DNA of 64,000 nt from an uncultured Lachnospiraceae bacterium. GTDB taxonomy: Bacteria; Bacillota; Clostridia; Eubacteriales; Anaerofustaceae. The stretch covers positions 448 to 64,447 of the forward strand of contig CALWKX010000036.1 of NCBI GenBank assembly GCA_944381375.1, in the 5' to 3' direction. Every line of letters begins with the position of its first letter. Positions within the stretch are counted from its first letter, which is position 1. The notes under the pieces were generated by a model. The model ran no database searches, was not told the origin of the DNA, and saw only the letters and a program-made list of their open reading frames with translations. Of this stretch, positions 1 to 9,200 are shown piece by piece. A program made the translations under genes and the position numbers.

Positions 1-109
1 TTCCTTCTTCAAGGCGTACCGTAATCTGCGGCAACTCCTGCCACATTGGAACAGGAGCATGGCAAGTGCCGTCTTGGTCGATGCGGATGTTGCGTTTCTT
101 TTCTTCCAT
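1..109 (-). CDS. hypothetical protein, N-terminal fragment (gene continues past the left window edge)
   Basis: Minus-strand ATG at 109-107 is preceded by a GGAAGGTGGA Shine-Dalgarno-like motif (111-120). The frame MEEKKRNIRIDQDGTCHAPVPMWQELPQ... stays open to the edge. It is too short to appear in the ORF track. Confidence 0.3.
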   Translation of the reverse strand, partial: MEEKKRNIRIDQDGTCHAPVPMWQELPQITVRLEEG

Positions 110-190
110 TTCCACCTTCCTTTTCGCTTGAAAGACTAAGGGTTTGGGATATCCCAATGATAAAAAATCTTCGAATGTGGCAACACCGGA

Positions 191-276
191 TGTGCTTGCT
201 ATTCTGCAAGCCATACGGAATGACATCACGCGGATTTTTGCAAGTGTACATACACTTGCTGTGCTTGCTATTCTGC
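191..276. repeat. two perfect copies of the 17-mer TGTGCTTGCTATTCTGC (191-207 and 260-276) in a divergent intergenic region
   Basis: Read directly from the sequence. Identical 17-mers start 69 bp apart, between the leftward partial gene and the XRE gene. Confidence 0.9.
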
Positions 277-293
277 TAATTTCCCCAAACCCA

Positions 294-322
294 TTGACAA
301 ATCGCTCGATTTTGCCCATAAT
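294..322 (+). promoter_or_regulatory. putative sigma-A type promoter of the XRE regulator gene
   Basis: TTGACA (294-299), a 17-nt spacer, then CATAAT (317-322), about 105 nt upstream of the ATG at 428. Confidence 0.35.
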
Positions 323-334
323 ATAGGTAAGATA

Positions 335-402
335 TTTGCCTAAGCATGTTATAAGCAAGTAAGGTTCCTCTGTCAATAGGTTTAGGCAAAATAATAGGCA
401 AA
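335..402 (+). promoter_or_regulatory. candidate operator: inverted repeat TTTGCCTAA / TTAGGCAAA plus a third TAGGCAAA half-site
   Basis: TTTGCCTAA at 335-343 is the exact reverse complement of TTAGGCAAA at 382-390. TAGGCAAA occurs again at 395-402. All three lie in the 5' leader of the XRE gene. Confidence 0.4.
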
Positions 403-427
403 TTGTTTTCCGGGTGAGGTTTTCGAT

Positions 428-853
428 ATGAAGTTTGGAGAAAAGGTAAGACTGCTGCGAAATGAAAAGAAGTTGTCCCAGACGGAACTGGGGGAAATGT
501 GTGGTCTGTCCCTGCGGACGATCCGCAATTATGAGGTGGGCGGACGCTATCCGAAGCAGCGCGAGGTTTACGCCAAACTTGCCGCCGCACTTGGATGCGA
601 GGTAAACTTCCTGCTCTCCGAAGATGAAGAATTTGTACTGCAAGCACAGCAGACCTATGGCTACAAAGGCGCGAGGGATGCAGAAGAATTAGTTGCCGGT
701 GTGTCTGCGCTCTTTGCTGGTGGTGAACTGTCCGAGAATGACAAGGATGCTGTGATGAGCGCCTTGCAGGATGCCTACTGGATGGCGAAAGAACGGAACA
801 AAGAAAAGTACACACCGAAGAAATATCGGAAACCAATAGAAGTTGAGGAATGA
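428..853 (+). CDS. XRE-family helix-turn-helix transcriptional regulator (141 aa)
   Basis: The N-terminus MKFGEKVRLLRNEKKLSQTELGEMCGLSLRTIRNYEVGGRYP is a textbook Cro/C1-type HTH. A GGTGAGG RBS sits before the ATG. Confidence 0.85.
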   Translation: MKFGEKVRLLRNEKKLSQTELGEMCGLSLRTIRNYEVGGRYPKQREVYAKLAAALGCEVNFLLSEDEEFVLQAQQTYGYKGARDAEELVAGVSALFAGGELSENDKDAVMSALQDAYWMAKERNKEKYTPKKYRKPIEVEE

Positions 854-917
854 TTTTTGTCAGGATAATTTCTGCATCAACTTTTATAGTAGTTTATGTA
901 GCAAGGAAGTGAAAGAC

Positions 918-3900
918 ATGATGTATACTCAGGATAAGCGACATGTTCCTGACCGGGTAGAATTAAAAGGACTCCTATCCGAGTTCCGAGATGCGCTTGA
1001 AGAAGAAATTGATAAGATCAAAAAAAGTGGTCAGTCTTCCACGCTACTCTTTGGTGGGCGCCAGATCGAAAGCCATGGTGCCGATCTCTGGTATCGATTT
1101 AATGTTGAATATGTTCCCTCCCTTCCCGCAGATACGCCCTGTAAGCTGGTGATCGGTAAGGATCAATTTGATGTTACCGTTATAAGCTTCGAAGAGAACT
1201 CTATTGTCGTCTCCACAAGAACGCCTCTGCCTGACACGATCGGCAAGGCCAGACTTGAAAATGGCGCTACAGTTCTGATGGAGCGGCTGATCAAGTGTAT
1301 CGAAGAGAATGCCGAAAAAGAAAATCCTGCAGGAAATCGTATGTTGTCTTCCGATGGCGGCGTTTACCCTGTAAAGAAAATCTTTGAGTATAGCGACTTG
1401 ACGCTGAATGCAGACAACACTCAAAGCCAAAACAATGCTATCGTATCTGCTCTTTCAAGCGACATCACCTACATATGGGGTCCGCCCGGCACGGGCAAGA
1501 CCACGGTCATTGGCCAAATTATCGACGAGCTATACAAGCACGATCGCGCTGTATTAGTTGTGTCTCATACCAACACGGCAGTTGACGGTGCCATCGAAAA
1601 AGCCGACAAAACATACTCCAAATCCAATCAGGATAATGACGCCAATTACCCGATTTTGAGAATTGGTACTCCTGCAAGGCCCTTGCCGGATCGGGTTTTG
1701 TTGGCACAGCATGTTGCCGCCTTAGGGAAAGAGCTTTACGAGCAAAAGGCGGCTCTTGAAAAACAGCAGGCTGAGTTACAACACCGCATCAACGAGATCC
1801 GTCCCTTGCTCGCCAAGGATGTTTGGTTGAAAGAAAGCAATCTGGATGTCATTCGGAAAGCACTTCAGAGTATTGCTGCACATGAGAAGGAAATCGCCGA
1901 GATTCAGCGCAGAATCGACGCCATCAATGTCTCCGTAGAGAGGGAAAAGGTGGCTCATCCTGAATACGCGAACTATCTGATCCTATCGAAAACGCTTAAA
2001 GCAAAAAAGAGCGATTACGATACCGTATGCGGTCAATTTTATAGAATTGAACAGGCTATTTCTGCGCTTCCGGATCAGATCCAAAGGGCGCAGGATGAGG
2101 TCAGAAAACACGCTCGATATACGGAGCTTCGCGCTCAAGAAGCAAAGTATATGTCCGTTTCCTTCCTTAGAGGTGAAATCAGCAAAGTTGATGCGCAGAT
2201 CAACCGCCTCCAAAGCTCAATCAGTGATTTGACTCGGCAGCAGACTGCGGCACAGCAAACAATCTCGGATTATGAGAAAAAGAGCTCTGTCGCAAAACTT
2301 TTTGCCGGCAAGAGTGCTGTTACTCAGGCACAGACTACTTTGGAGCGCGTCCGCCGAGAGATTCCAATCGCTAATGGCGACTTGCGCCGTCAACAAGACC
2401 TGAAACAAGAGTATTCTCAGCAACTGGAAAGCCTGTTGCTTTTGCAGGAGCAGATCCGTGCAGTCACTCCTTCGAAAACTCCGGAATACTGGAATGCTGA
2501 GGTAAATAAGCTGCAGGCCGAACTTTCTGCCGCACAAAAGGCTCTTCCGGAGCTGACCACCAGAAAAAACGCACTGCATGAAGAAGTTCGCGAACTGGAA
2601 CGACAACAGAGCCAGTCGAAGTCTTCGTTTGATGTTCTTAGCGAGTTGGGTAGAAAAGTCCGCCTGGAGCAGGACAAACTGGCTGAGGTTACGAAGCTGC
2701 GGGATAAGGAGAATAACGCTTGTTCTGAGCAACTTGAAAAAGAGCTCTCTTTTTGTATTACCTTCCTGTACAAGCCGACTTCTGAAGGAATCTCTCCCCT
2801 CTTTAATGAGCTTTCCAAGCTGTTTGCATCTGTAAAAGCTGAGATGGCTTCTGTTGATATGGATGCCATCATAAAAGAAAAAGAAGATGCGGATCAGCAG
2901 TTGGTCGAAATCTTCCGGCAGCTCAATGAGCTGAAAGAAAAAATGCAGGAGCTCGAAAAGCAGGCAATTATGAGCGCCAAGATTGTTGGTGCCACACTTG
3001 CGAAGTCTTATTTGAGCGAAACTCTGCGAGAGAGAAAGTTTGACACAGTAATCTTGGACGAGGCCTCCATGGCTTCTATTCCTGCACTTTGGTGTGCCAG
3101 CTACCTCGCTGAAAGCAGCATTGTAATTGTCGGTGACTTCCTGCAGTTACCGCCTATTGTTATGGCAGATACCCCTATGGCTCAAAAATGGTTGGGTAAG
3201 GATATCTTCTACCATAGCGGGATGCAGGAGCGGGCTCGGAACAAGGAAACCTGTCCTGAAAATTTCGTTATGCTCAATAATCAGTTCCGCATGGAGTCTG
3301 ATATTGCAGACATCGCAAACATGTATTACGGAGCATATGGTGGCCTTCTTTCGGATGATAACAACGATTTCAGAGTCAAGGATCGCGAGAAATTCTATAG
3401 TTGGTATTCTGGCAAAAGAACCAAGAGAAATGTTCACCTGATAGACACAGAGGGCCTCCATGCTTGGGTTACCGGTGTGCCTCAAGGAAAGAGCCATAGC
3501 CGGCTGAATTGTTTCTCAGCAGCCGTTTCTGTGGATCTTGCATTCAAGTTCTTGGAAAACAAACTCAAGGAACTCGATCCTGCTACTGCCGAACCGGAAA
3601 AAGAGGCTTCTGTGCTGATCGTCGCTCCGTATAAACCCCATGTCGCAAGGATCAATCAACTTGTAGAACTGGAGTATCACAATCGAGGTTTTAAAGAAAA
3701 CCTCAATTTCATTAGAGCCGGAACGATTCACAGTTTCCAAGGCAGCGAGGCCGATATCGTAATATTTGACCTAGTGATCGATGAACCGCATTGGAAGGCA
3801 AATCTGTTTATGACGGATAAGGAAGTCAATGAAGATCTGCGCAAGATGTTCAATGTGGCTGTCACGAGAGCTAAGTTCAAGCTGTATATCGTCGGCAATT

Positions 3901-4943
3901 TTGCATATTGCCAAAAACGAGCCAAGAATAACGCTCTGTCGGAGCTGCTGGACAAGCTCATCAAAAAGGATAGGCTTGTCAAAGTGGATGCCAAGACTTT
4001 GCTTCCTGAAATTGTGTTCGCACGGCAATCCGATTTTGCTTTTGATGGAAACCTTACAGGGAAACACATCGTTTGCCGAGAAGATGTCTTCAATGACTAC
4101 TTCATGGCTGATATCCATTCCTTCAAAAAGCGCCTGATTGTGTACTCAGCTTTTATGACGGAAGCACGCCTAAGCACACTTCTGCCGGCCTTCTCTGATG
4201 CCGTCCGCGCCGGAAAGCAGATCATTGTTGTTACAAAGGCTCTATCTGATCGTGGCAAATCCGAACTTGCGCAGTACCAAAAGTGTGAGAAAGAATTACG
4301 CGATATCGGCGTGAGTGTTCTTCACAAGAAGGGCATGCACGAAAAACTGATTTTTGTTGACAGCAATGCGGTTTGGATCGGCTCGTTGAATGCACTAAGT
4401 TTTACCGGTTTGACCGGCGAGGTTATGCAGCGGTATGCTGATCGTGAGCTGACTGCCGAATATGAAAAGCTTTTCGATATCGAGCACATCTGCAACGCAA
4501 TAGAAAACACATACGAACAGAAGTGCCCCATCTGCGGCGATGAAATGATCGTGAAAGAAAGCGATGAAGGCGGTATCTACTGGCAGTGCGTTGCCGGCGA
4601 TTATTCCAGAAATGTTGCTCAGCAATATCCGCTGGATGGCATTCTTCGTTGCAAGTGTGGAGCACCCTATGCGTTCGCAATGAAAAACGAGCCTCGTTGG
4701 GTGTGTTCCAAGGATTCACGGCATTATCAGAAGATGCGCGAGAGCGATCTTAGGCTGGAAAAGATGGCTGCTCTAATTCCTACAAAGGCCGCTCGTAGCC
4801 AAGTAAATAAGTATTTCTTTGCAAAAAAGAAAGAAATTGAGGCCAAAAAGAAAGCTACAGCACCTAAGAAGACATCCGCTACGAAGAAATCACTCAGTGC
4901 ATCTGAAGACGAGGACGATTCTAAGCAGATGAAAATGTTCTAA
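918..4943 (+). CDS. SF1 Upf1/Dna2-like helicase fused to a PLD-family (HKD) nuclease domain and C-terminal zinc ribbons; Mokosh type II (MkoC)-like
   Basis: Walker A GPPGTGKTT (nt 1479-1502). VILDEASM motif II (~3055-3066). FQGSEADIVIFDL and NVAVTRAK late helicase motifs. About 430 aa of Q/E/K/L-rich coiled coil lies between motifs I and II. HEKLIFVDSNAVWIGSLN fits HxK(x)4D(x)6GSxN (4338-4391). CPICG...WQC and CKCG...WVC cysteine pairs (4524-4725). Lys-rich tail. I prefer the ATG at 918 (AAGGAAG RBS 8 nt upstream) over the TTG at 843 in the ORF track. Confidence 0.8.
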   Translation: MMYTQDKRHVPDRVELKGLLSEFRDALEEEIDKIKKSGQSSTLLFGGRQIESHGADLWYRFNVEYVPSLPADTPCKLVIGKDQFDVTVISFEENSIVVSTRTPLPDTIGKARLENGATVLMERLIKCIEENAEKENPAGNRMLSSDGGVYPVKKIFEYSDLTLNADNTQSQNNAIVSALSSDITYIWGPPGTGKTTVIGQIIDELYKHDRAVLVVSHTNTAVDGAIEKADKTYSKSNQDNDANYPILRIGTPARPLPDRVLLAQHVAALGKELYEQKAALEKQQAELQHRINEIRPLLAKDVWLKESNLDVIRKALQSIAAHEKEIAEIQRRIDAINVSVEREKVAHPEYANYLILSKTLKAKKSDYDTVCGQFYRIEQAISALPDQIQRAQDEVRKHARYTELRAQEAKYMSVSFLRGEISKVDAQINRLQSSISDLTRQQTAAQQTISDYEKKSSVAKLFAGKSAVTQAQTTLERVRREIPIANGDLRRQQDLKQEYSQQLESLLLLQEQIRAVTPSKTPEYWNAEVNKLQAELSAAQKALPELTTRKNALHEEVRELERQQSQSKSSFDVLSELGRKVRLEQDKLAEVTKLRDKENNACSEQLEKELSFCITFLYKPTSEGISPLFNELSKLFASVKAEMASVDMDAIIKEKEDADQQLVEIFRQLNELKEKMQELEKQAIMSAKIVGATLAKSYLSETLRERKFDTVILDEASMASIPALWCASYLAESSIVIVGDFLQLPPIVMADTPMAQKWLGKDIFYHSGMQERARNKETCPENFVMLNNQFRMESDIADIANMYYGAYGGLLSDDNNDFRVKDREKFYSWYSGKRTKRNVHLIDTEGLHAWVTGVPQGKSHSRLNCFSAAVSVDLAFKFLENKLKELDPATAEPEKEASVLIVAPYKPHVARINQLVELEYHNRGFKENLNFIRAGTIHSFQGSEADIVIFDLVIDEPHWKANLFMTDKEVNEDLRKMFNVAVTRAKFKLYIVGNFAYCQKRAKNNALSELLDKLIKKDRLVKVDAKTLLPEIVFARQSDFAFDGNLTGKHIVCREDVFNDYFMADIHSFKKRLIVYSAFMTEARLSTLLPAFSDAVRAGKQIIVVTKALSDRGKSELAQYQKCEKELRDIGVSVLHKKGMHEKLIFVDSNAVWIGSLNALSFTGLTGEVMQRYADRELTAEYEKLFDIEHICNAIENTYEQKCPICGDEMIVKESDEGGIYWQCVAGDYSRNVAQQYPLDGILRCKCGAPYAFAMKNEPRWVCSKDSRHYQKMRESDLRLEKMAALIPTKAARSQVNKYFFAKKKEIEAKKKATAPKKTSATKKSLSASEDEDDSKQMKMF

Positions 4944-4947
4944 TGCA

Positions 4948-4983
4948 TTACCCCTCTGAAGGCGAATGTCCTCAGAGGGGTAA
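4948..4983 (+). terminator. stem-loop immediately after the helicase-PLD gene
   Basis: A 12-bp perfect stem: TTACCCCTCTGA (4948-4959) pairs with TCAGAGGGGTAA (4972-4983). The U-tract is weak (TATATAAT). Confidence 0.5.
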
Positions 4984-5051
4984 TATATAATCTGCAGTCC
5001 GTTTTATGGTACAATAACGGCGATATAATTCTATCATGAGGAGGTGCTCGT

Positions 5052-6242
5052 ATGATCTCAAACACAATTTACAGCAAAGGCAGGGACAACTTTAAGGGTT
5101 ACACCTTTTCTGCAAGAGAGTGGTCTGCTCCTACCATGGTGTCACCAAAAGAAATCCGTGAACGGATCGACAGCTTTGCTTTGTGCGGCCGTAAAATTAA
5201 GCGCATGCGTTTGATTGGCTTGAGCTATTTCCATACCCGTGACTGGGTTGAAGAAGCAGCTTATCGACAGGTCGAGCACCTGCCAGAAGAAGAGCGCCAG
5301 CGCAAATCCAATTATTCAACGATTGATCCCACCATGCAGTTTAGCCGATATGCTCAAATTGACGAACCTTTTCTGATTGAGTTCGATGATGGAGATATCT
5401 TTGAAGTCGATACTCCGCAGGATCCGGAATTCCGGATGAGCATGAACTGTATTCCTTGGTGGATCAAGGCCGGAACAAATCAACCTAATGTGGAAGCAGA
5501 TATTCTTTTCTCCCCTTGTGTCGGCCAGGAGATTGTTTCAGTCGAAGTCAACACACGGATAACAGACAAGGATCCGATGTTTTTCTGCGCTTTTAATGAG
5601 CCTCCTTATCAGAGCGAGCTTGTTTCAAATGTAACACTTCGTTTGAGAAATGGATTGGGTCTGCAGATCAGCCCGGACATTGATTACTGCGAGGTTGCGT
5701 GTGTTGATGTAAGCAACGAGTGGGTTAAAATCAGCTTTTCTGAACTAAAAGACGCTTTGTTCAACTGGGAGGACCTTCACGCTGATGAGGTTACCGGGTT
5801 TGAGGCGGAAAGTCCTATGTTGTTCTTCGGAAGAAAAGGAGCCGCATATACTGATACCCCATATATGACACTATCTTCAAGCGGCAAAGGCGATTCTTGC
5901 CTTCATGTCTATGTTGAAGATTTTCTTATACTTGATTGGAGCATTTCGCTTGCCATTGGGAGCTGGTTCGATGAGTACGGCGAGTATCATTTCAGCCATA
6001 AAGAGTGGAATGATCTCCTTGATGAGGCATGGCGAATCTTTGCTGCGGATAGTTTTGATGAATTGTTTGATGAGCTAATCGATCGGCAAGGAAAGGGCAA
6101 TTACATGATGTGGAAGCTCAATAGCCAAGGCGCATCTTTCTGGAAAGAGCGGGATAAATACAGAACACAGATCAAAGATATCCGAGAGTGGTCTGATTTG
6201 GTGCTTGGCCCCAACGACATGATGGATATCTACGGATTTTAG
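5052..6242 (+). CDS. hypothetical protein (396 aa), no recognisable domain
   Basis: Long ORF with a GAGGAGG RBS. The GC-rich codon usage matches its neighbours. There is no signal peptide, no TM segment and no motif I can name. Confidence 0.75.
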   Translation: MISNTIYSKGRDNFKGYTFSAREWSAPTMVSPKEIRERIDSFALCGRKIKRMRLIGLSYFHTRDWVEEAAYRQVEHLPEEERQRKSNYSTIDPTMQFSRYAQIDEPFLIEFDDGDIFEVDTPQDPEFRMSMNCIPWWIKAGTNQPNVEADILFSPCVGQEIVSVEVNTRITDKDPMFFCAFNEPPYQSELVSNVTLRLRNGLGLQISPDIDYCEVACVDVSNEWVKISFSELKDALFNWEDLHADEVTGFEAESPMLFFGRKGAAYTDTPYMTLSSSGKGDSCLHVYVEDFLILDWSISLAIGSWFDEYGEYHFSHKEWNDLLDEAWRIFAADSFDELFDELIDRQGKGNYMMWKLNSQGASFWKERDKYRTQIKDIREWSDLVLGPNDMMDIYGF

Positions 6243-6253
6243 GAGGTGTAAGT

Positions 6254-9200
6254 ATGGATCAGTTTACTATGATGGACATCCTGGGAAAAGCATTCGCTGA
6301 TGGCGAAATCGATGCACTGCGTCCTTTGATGGCAGCGGACTGTGACTATGCTTCCCAGTATGCAAACAAGTCCTTTTCGGGGGCATCTGAAATCCTGTCA
6401 AATATGGAGTCCGTCCATAAGAACATTGATGAAACCTGTGCTTATACTTACAAGGTCATAGAACTGGAATCTGTCCTGGCAAATGGCCTAACCCTTGCTG
6501 ATTTGGACAATCAAGCCGGAATGCATCCCTGCCGGTACGGCCTGCTCTTGTATCAGTATGGCTCTGATTATCCTGTTGCTGTTGTTGCCTGTATGATAGA
6601 CCTCTACGAGAAGTTCAGAAGCATATGGCTGTCTCGAGACACAAGCAAGTTCAATGAAACCTTTTATGGCGAAGAATTGGGACCCGATTCTCCCGATGAC
6701 CTTCCTTCTACAGTAGTGCCACTGACCACACATGATCGGCATGTCAACGAAATGAGAAGCTCATTTGCAGGTCAAAAGTGGGATAAGACTGTAGATACGG
6801 CTGATGGGATTTATATTTGGCGCAAAGCAGATGAATATGCCAAACAGTGGCTGCCCGAGCAGGGCTATAGCGTACTGGAGTCGCAGATCTTTGATGATTG
6901 CATCGGTTACCGGTGCAATAGAAAAGGCTATATTTACACGATTTTCATGTATGCCTACGGCCAAAAGAAAACTTCTCAGCTGGATGGTGATTTCTGCAGC
7001 AAGCTTGCCAAAGAACCCTTCGCCGAAAACAGCATCATCCTGATCCTCTACCTCAATGTCGATCGCTACATGGCCGGAACTGAGATCAAATATCGTGTAA
7101 GAAACTACTGCGGAAGTGATACTCACAGCCCGGAGTTTTGGCATCTTAAAGAAGTCAACAGCTCGTATCTGTTTGAATACTATCCTCGCAAAGAGATGAT
7201 TGATCAAACCTGGCAGTTCATGTACGCCTTCAACCGTGAAGATACGGACATCTATGACTGCATTATCACAGATGATAATCCATCCATTGAAGGAGATCCC
7301 AAATACTCCGGTGCATTTATGAACAGCGCCTTCTATGGGACGCTGCGGACGATGCATCGGGAATACGGTGATATGAAGTTGGGCTATGTCCGTTATAACG
7401 ATGTAGTTTACAGCTCTGTCCCCTACATTGAAGGTCTTGGCTTCTTCAGTTGGAGCTCCTTCCATGCCACCGACCGCATGCATAGCATGGTCCGTCACCC
7501 CTTTGACGGTGGTGATTGGAAAGTGGCAGAGTTTATTAAAACCGAGCAACGAGAACCAGATGATCTGTTCGCATATATTCCCAAACTCATAAACGCCGTC
7601 CCGCTTGCCCCCGTTCCCACAGAACGATTCGCCGTAAAGCTCTTTTTCGACAACGGCGAGTGCAAAAAGTATGTACTTCCTATTCCGACGGAGTCTGAGC
7701 ACGAGGAGGTTCTTTCCTATCGCGGTCATGTGTTTACCGATAACATCTGGGCATCCGTCTCTGTAATTCCTCGGCACGAAAGCAGATATAAAGGCTATCC
7801 CGAATGTGGCCCGGCAATTGTGTTCAAAAATGAGTTTCTAATCGCGGGAACTCGATGCTACATGGAGAGTGTGCCGTACTCTGAGCCGGAGTTGACAGAT
7901 GAGATCGTGTATGCCGATGAAAAGCACCAGATCCGGAAAATCTGGAAGTGGAATGTAAACTCTCTGTACGAAGACGGAGAAACCGGTCTATTGAAGGTCT
8001 TAATCAGCGGCCAGGCATTCAACTGGTACGGCAAGTCCGTGTTTGCTTCTATTGAGGGAAAACGACTGACCAGCCTGACCTTCGATATCATCGACAGTTT
8101 CCAAGAAGATATTGCTCGCGTTGCTATCAACGGCCATGGATATGGCTTCGTTGACAAGGACATGAAGTTTGTCATTCCTATGAAGTATGATCAAGCAGAT
8201 GATTTCAGAGAAGGCAAAGCAAAAGTACAGCTTGGAGATAAGTGGCTTTGTGTTGATCCAAATGGCTGTGAGCTTGAGATTGGTGGCAGAATTCGACAGG
8301 ATAATTATCAAGAAGTCGGCGATTATTCCGAAGGAATGTGCCGCGTATCTACGCTCAAGCTGCGCTTCATGGATTTGGCTTATCATTCGGATTATGATCA
8401 AATTGCGGGTACTTGGGGTTTTGTAAATGAATCTGGCGAGGAGGTTATTCCGCCCCAGTATATCTATGCTACTGACTTTGAAAATGGTATTGCTATCGTT
8501 GCAAAGGGCAAATGGACTATCGACCCTAAATGGGACAACAAGTATAATCAGGGCCGTTACTGGACGGAAGAGGAGCTCTGGGGTGCCATCGACAAGGACG
8601 GTAACGAGGTTATCCCCTTCATCTTTGATGAAATCAAGCACTTCTTCGATCGCTCCGATATGTTCATGGTCCATTATGGTGGCTGGAAAGACGGTCACTG
8701 GGGTGTCGTTGATTGCAAGGGTAACTGGCTCGCAGAACCAACCTTTGAAGGCTTCTCTTATGAAACCTGGAAGGACAGAATCCTGTTTTACGCTGAAGAT
8801 CCGGATGCAACGGGCGATGGTCTCCCCATGGGCATCTATGATCTGGCACAAAAGAAAGTCCTGTTTGAGCCCCAATTCCTTGATGTCACCTTCCGCGACA
8901 ACGGCGATATGGAAGTCGAGGTCTTCGATGAAGAACTCGGCCGGACGATTGAAAAGATCATTGACCCATCTGGCAAAGAGCGTTTCAAATCCATATATTC
9001 CTCGATCTATACCTGGCATGATCCATATGAGGTGGTTATCCGCGATAAGGACGGTACCAGACATGGTTTGATTGATAAGGAGGGCAACGAGATCCTCCCC
9101 TGCATCTATGATGTCCCTTGGAATGGCTTCTACCATGAACAGCAGAGAATTTGCTTCGTAGAAAACGGCAAACAAGGCATGAAAGACTACGATGGCAACA

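Noticed and set aside
276-836. A 186-aa minus-strand ORF antisense to the XRE regulator gene.
   Set aside because: It lies entirely antisense to a gene with a clear HTH domain. Its product is Arg/Ser/His/Pro-rich, as expected for a shadow ORF in GC-rich DNA. It has no RBS.
843-917. The upstream TTG start given by the ORF track for the helicase-PLD gene (843..4943).
   Set aside because: It is a TTG with no RBS, and it overlaps the end of the XRE gene. The first 25 codons (MRNDFCQDNFCINFYSSLCSKEVKD) look non-native. The ATG at 918 has an AAGGAAG RBS at good spacing.
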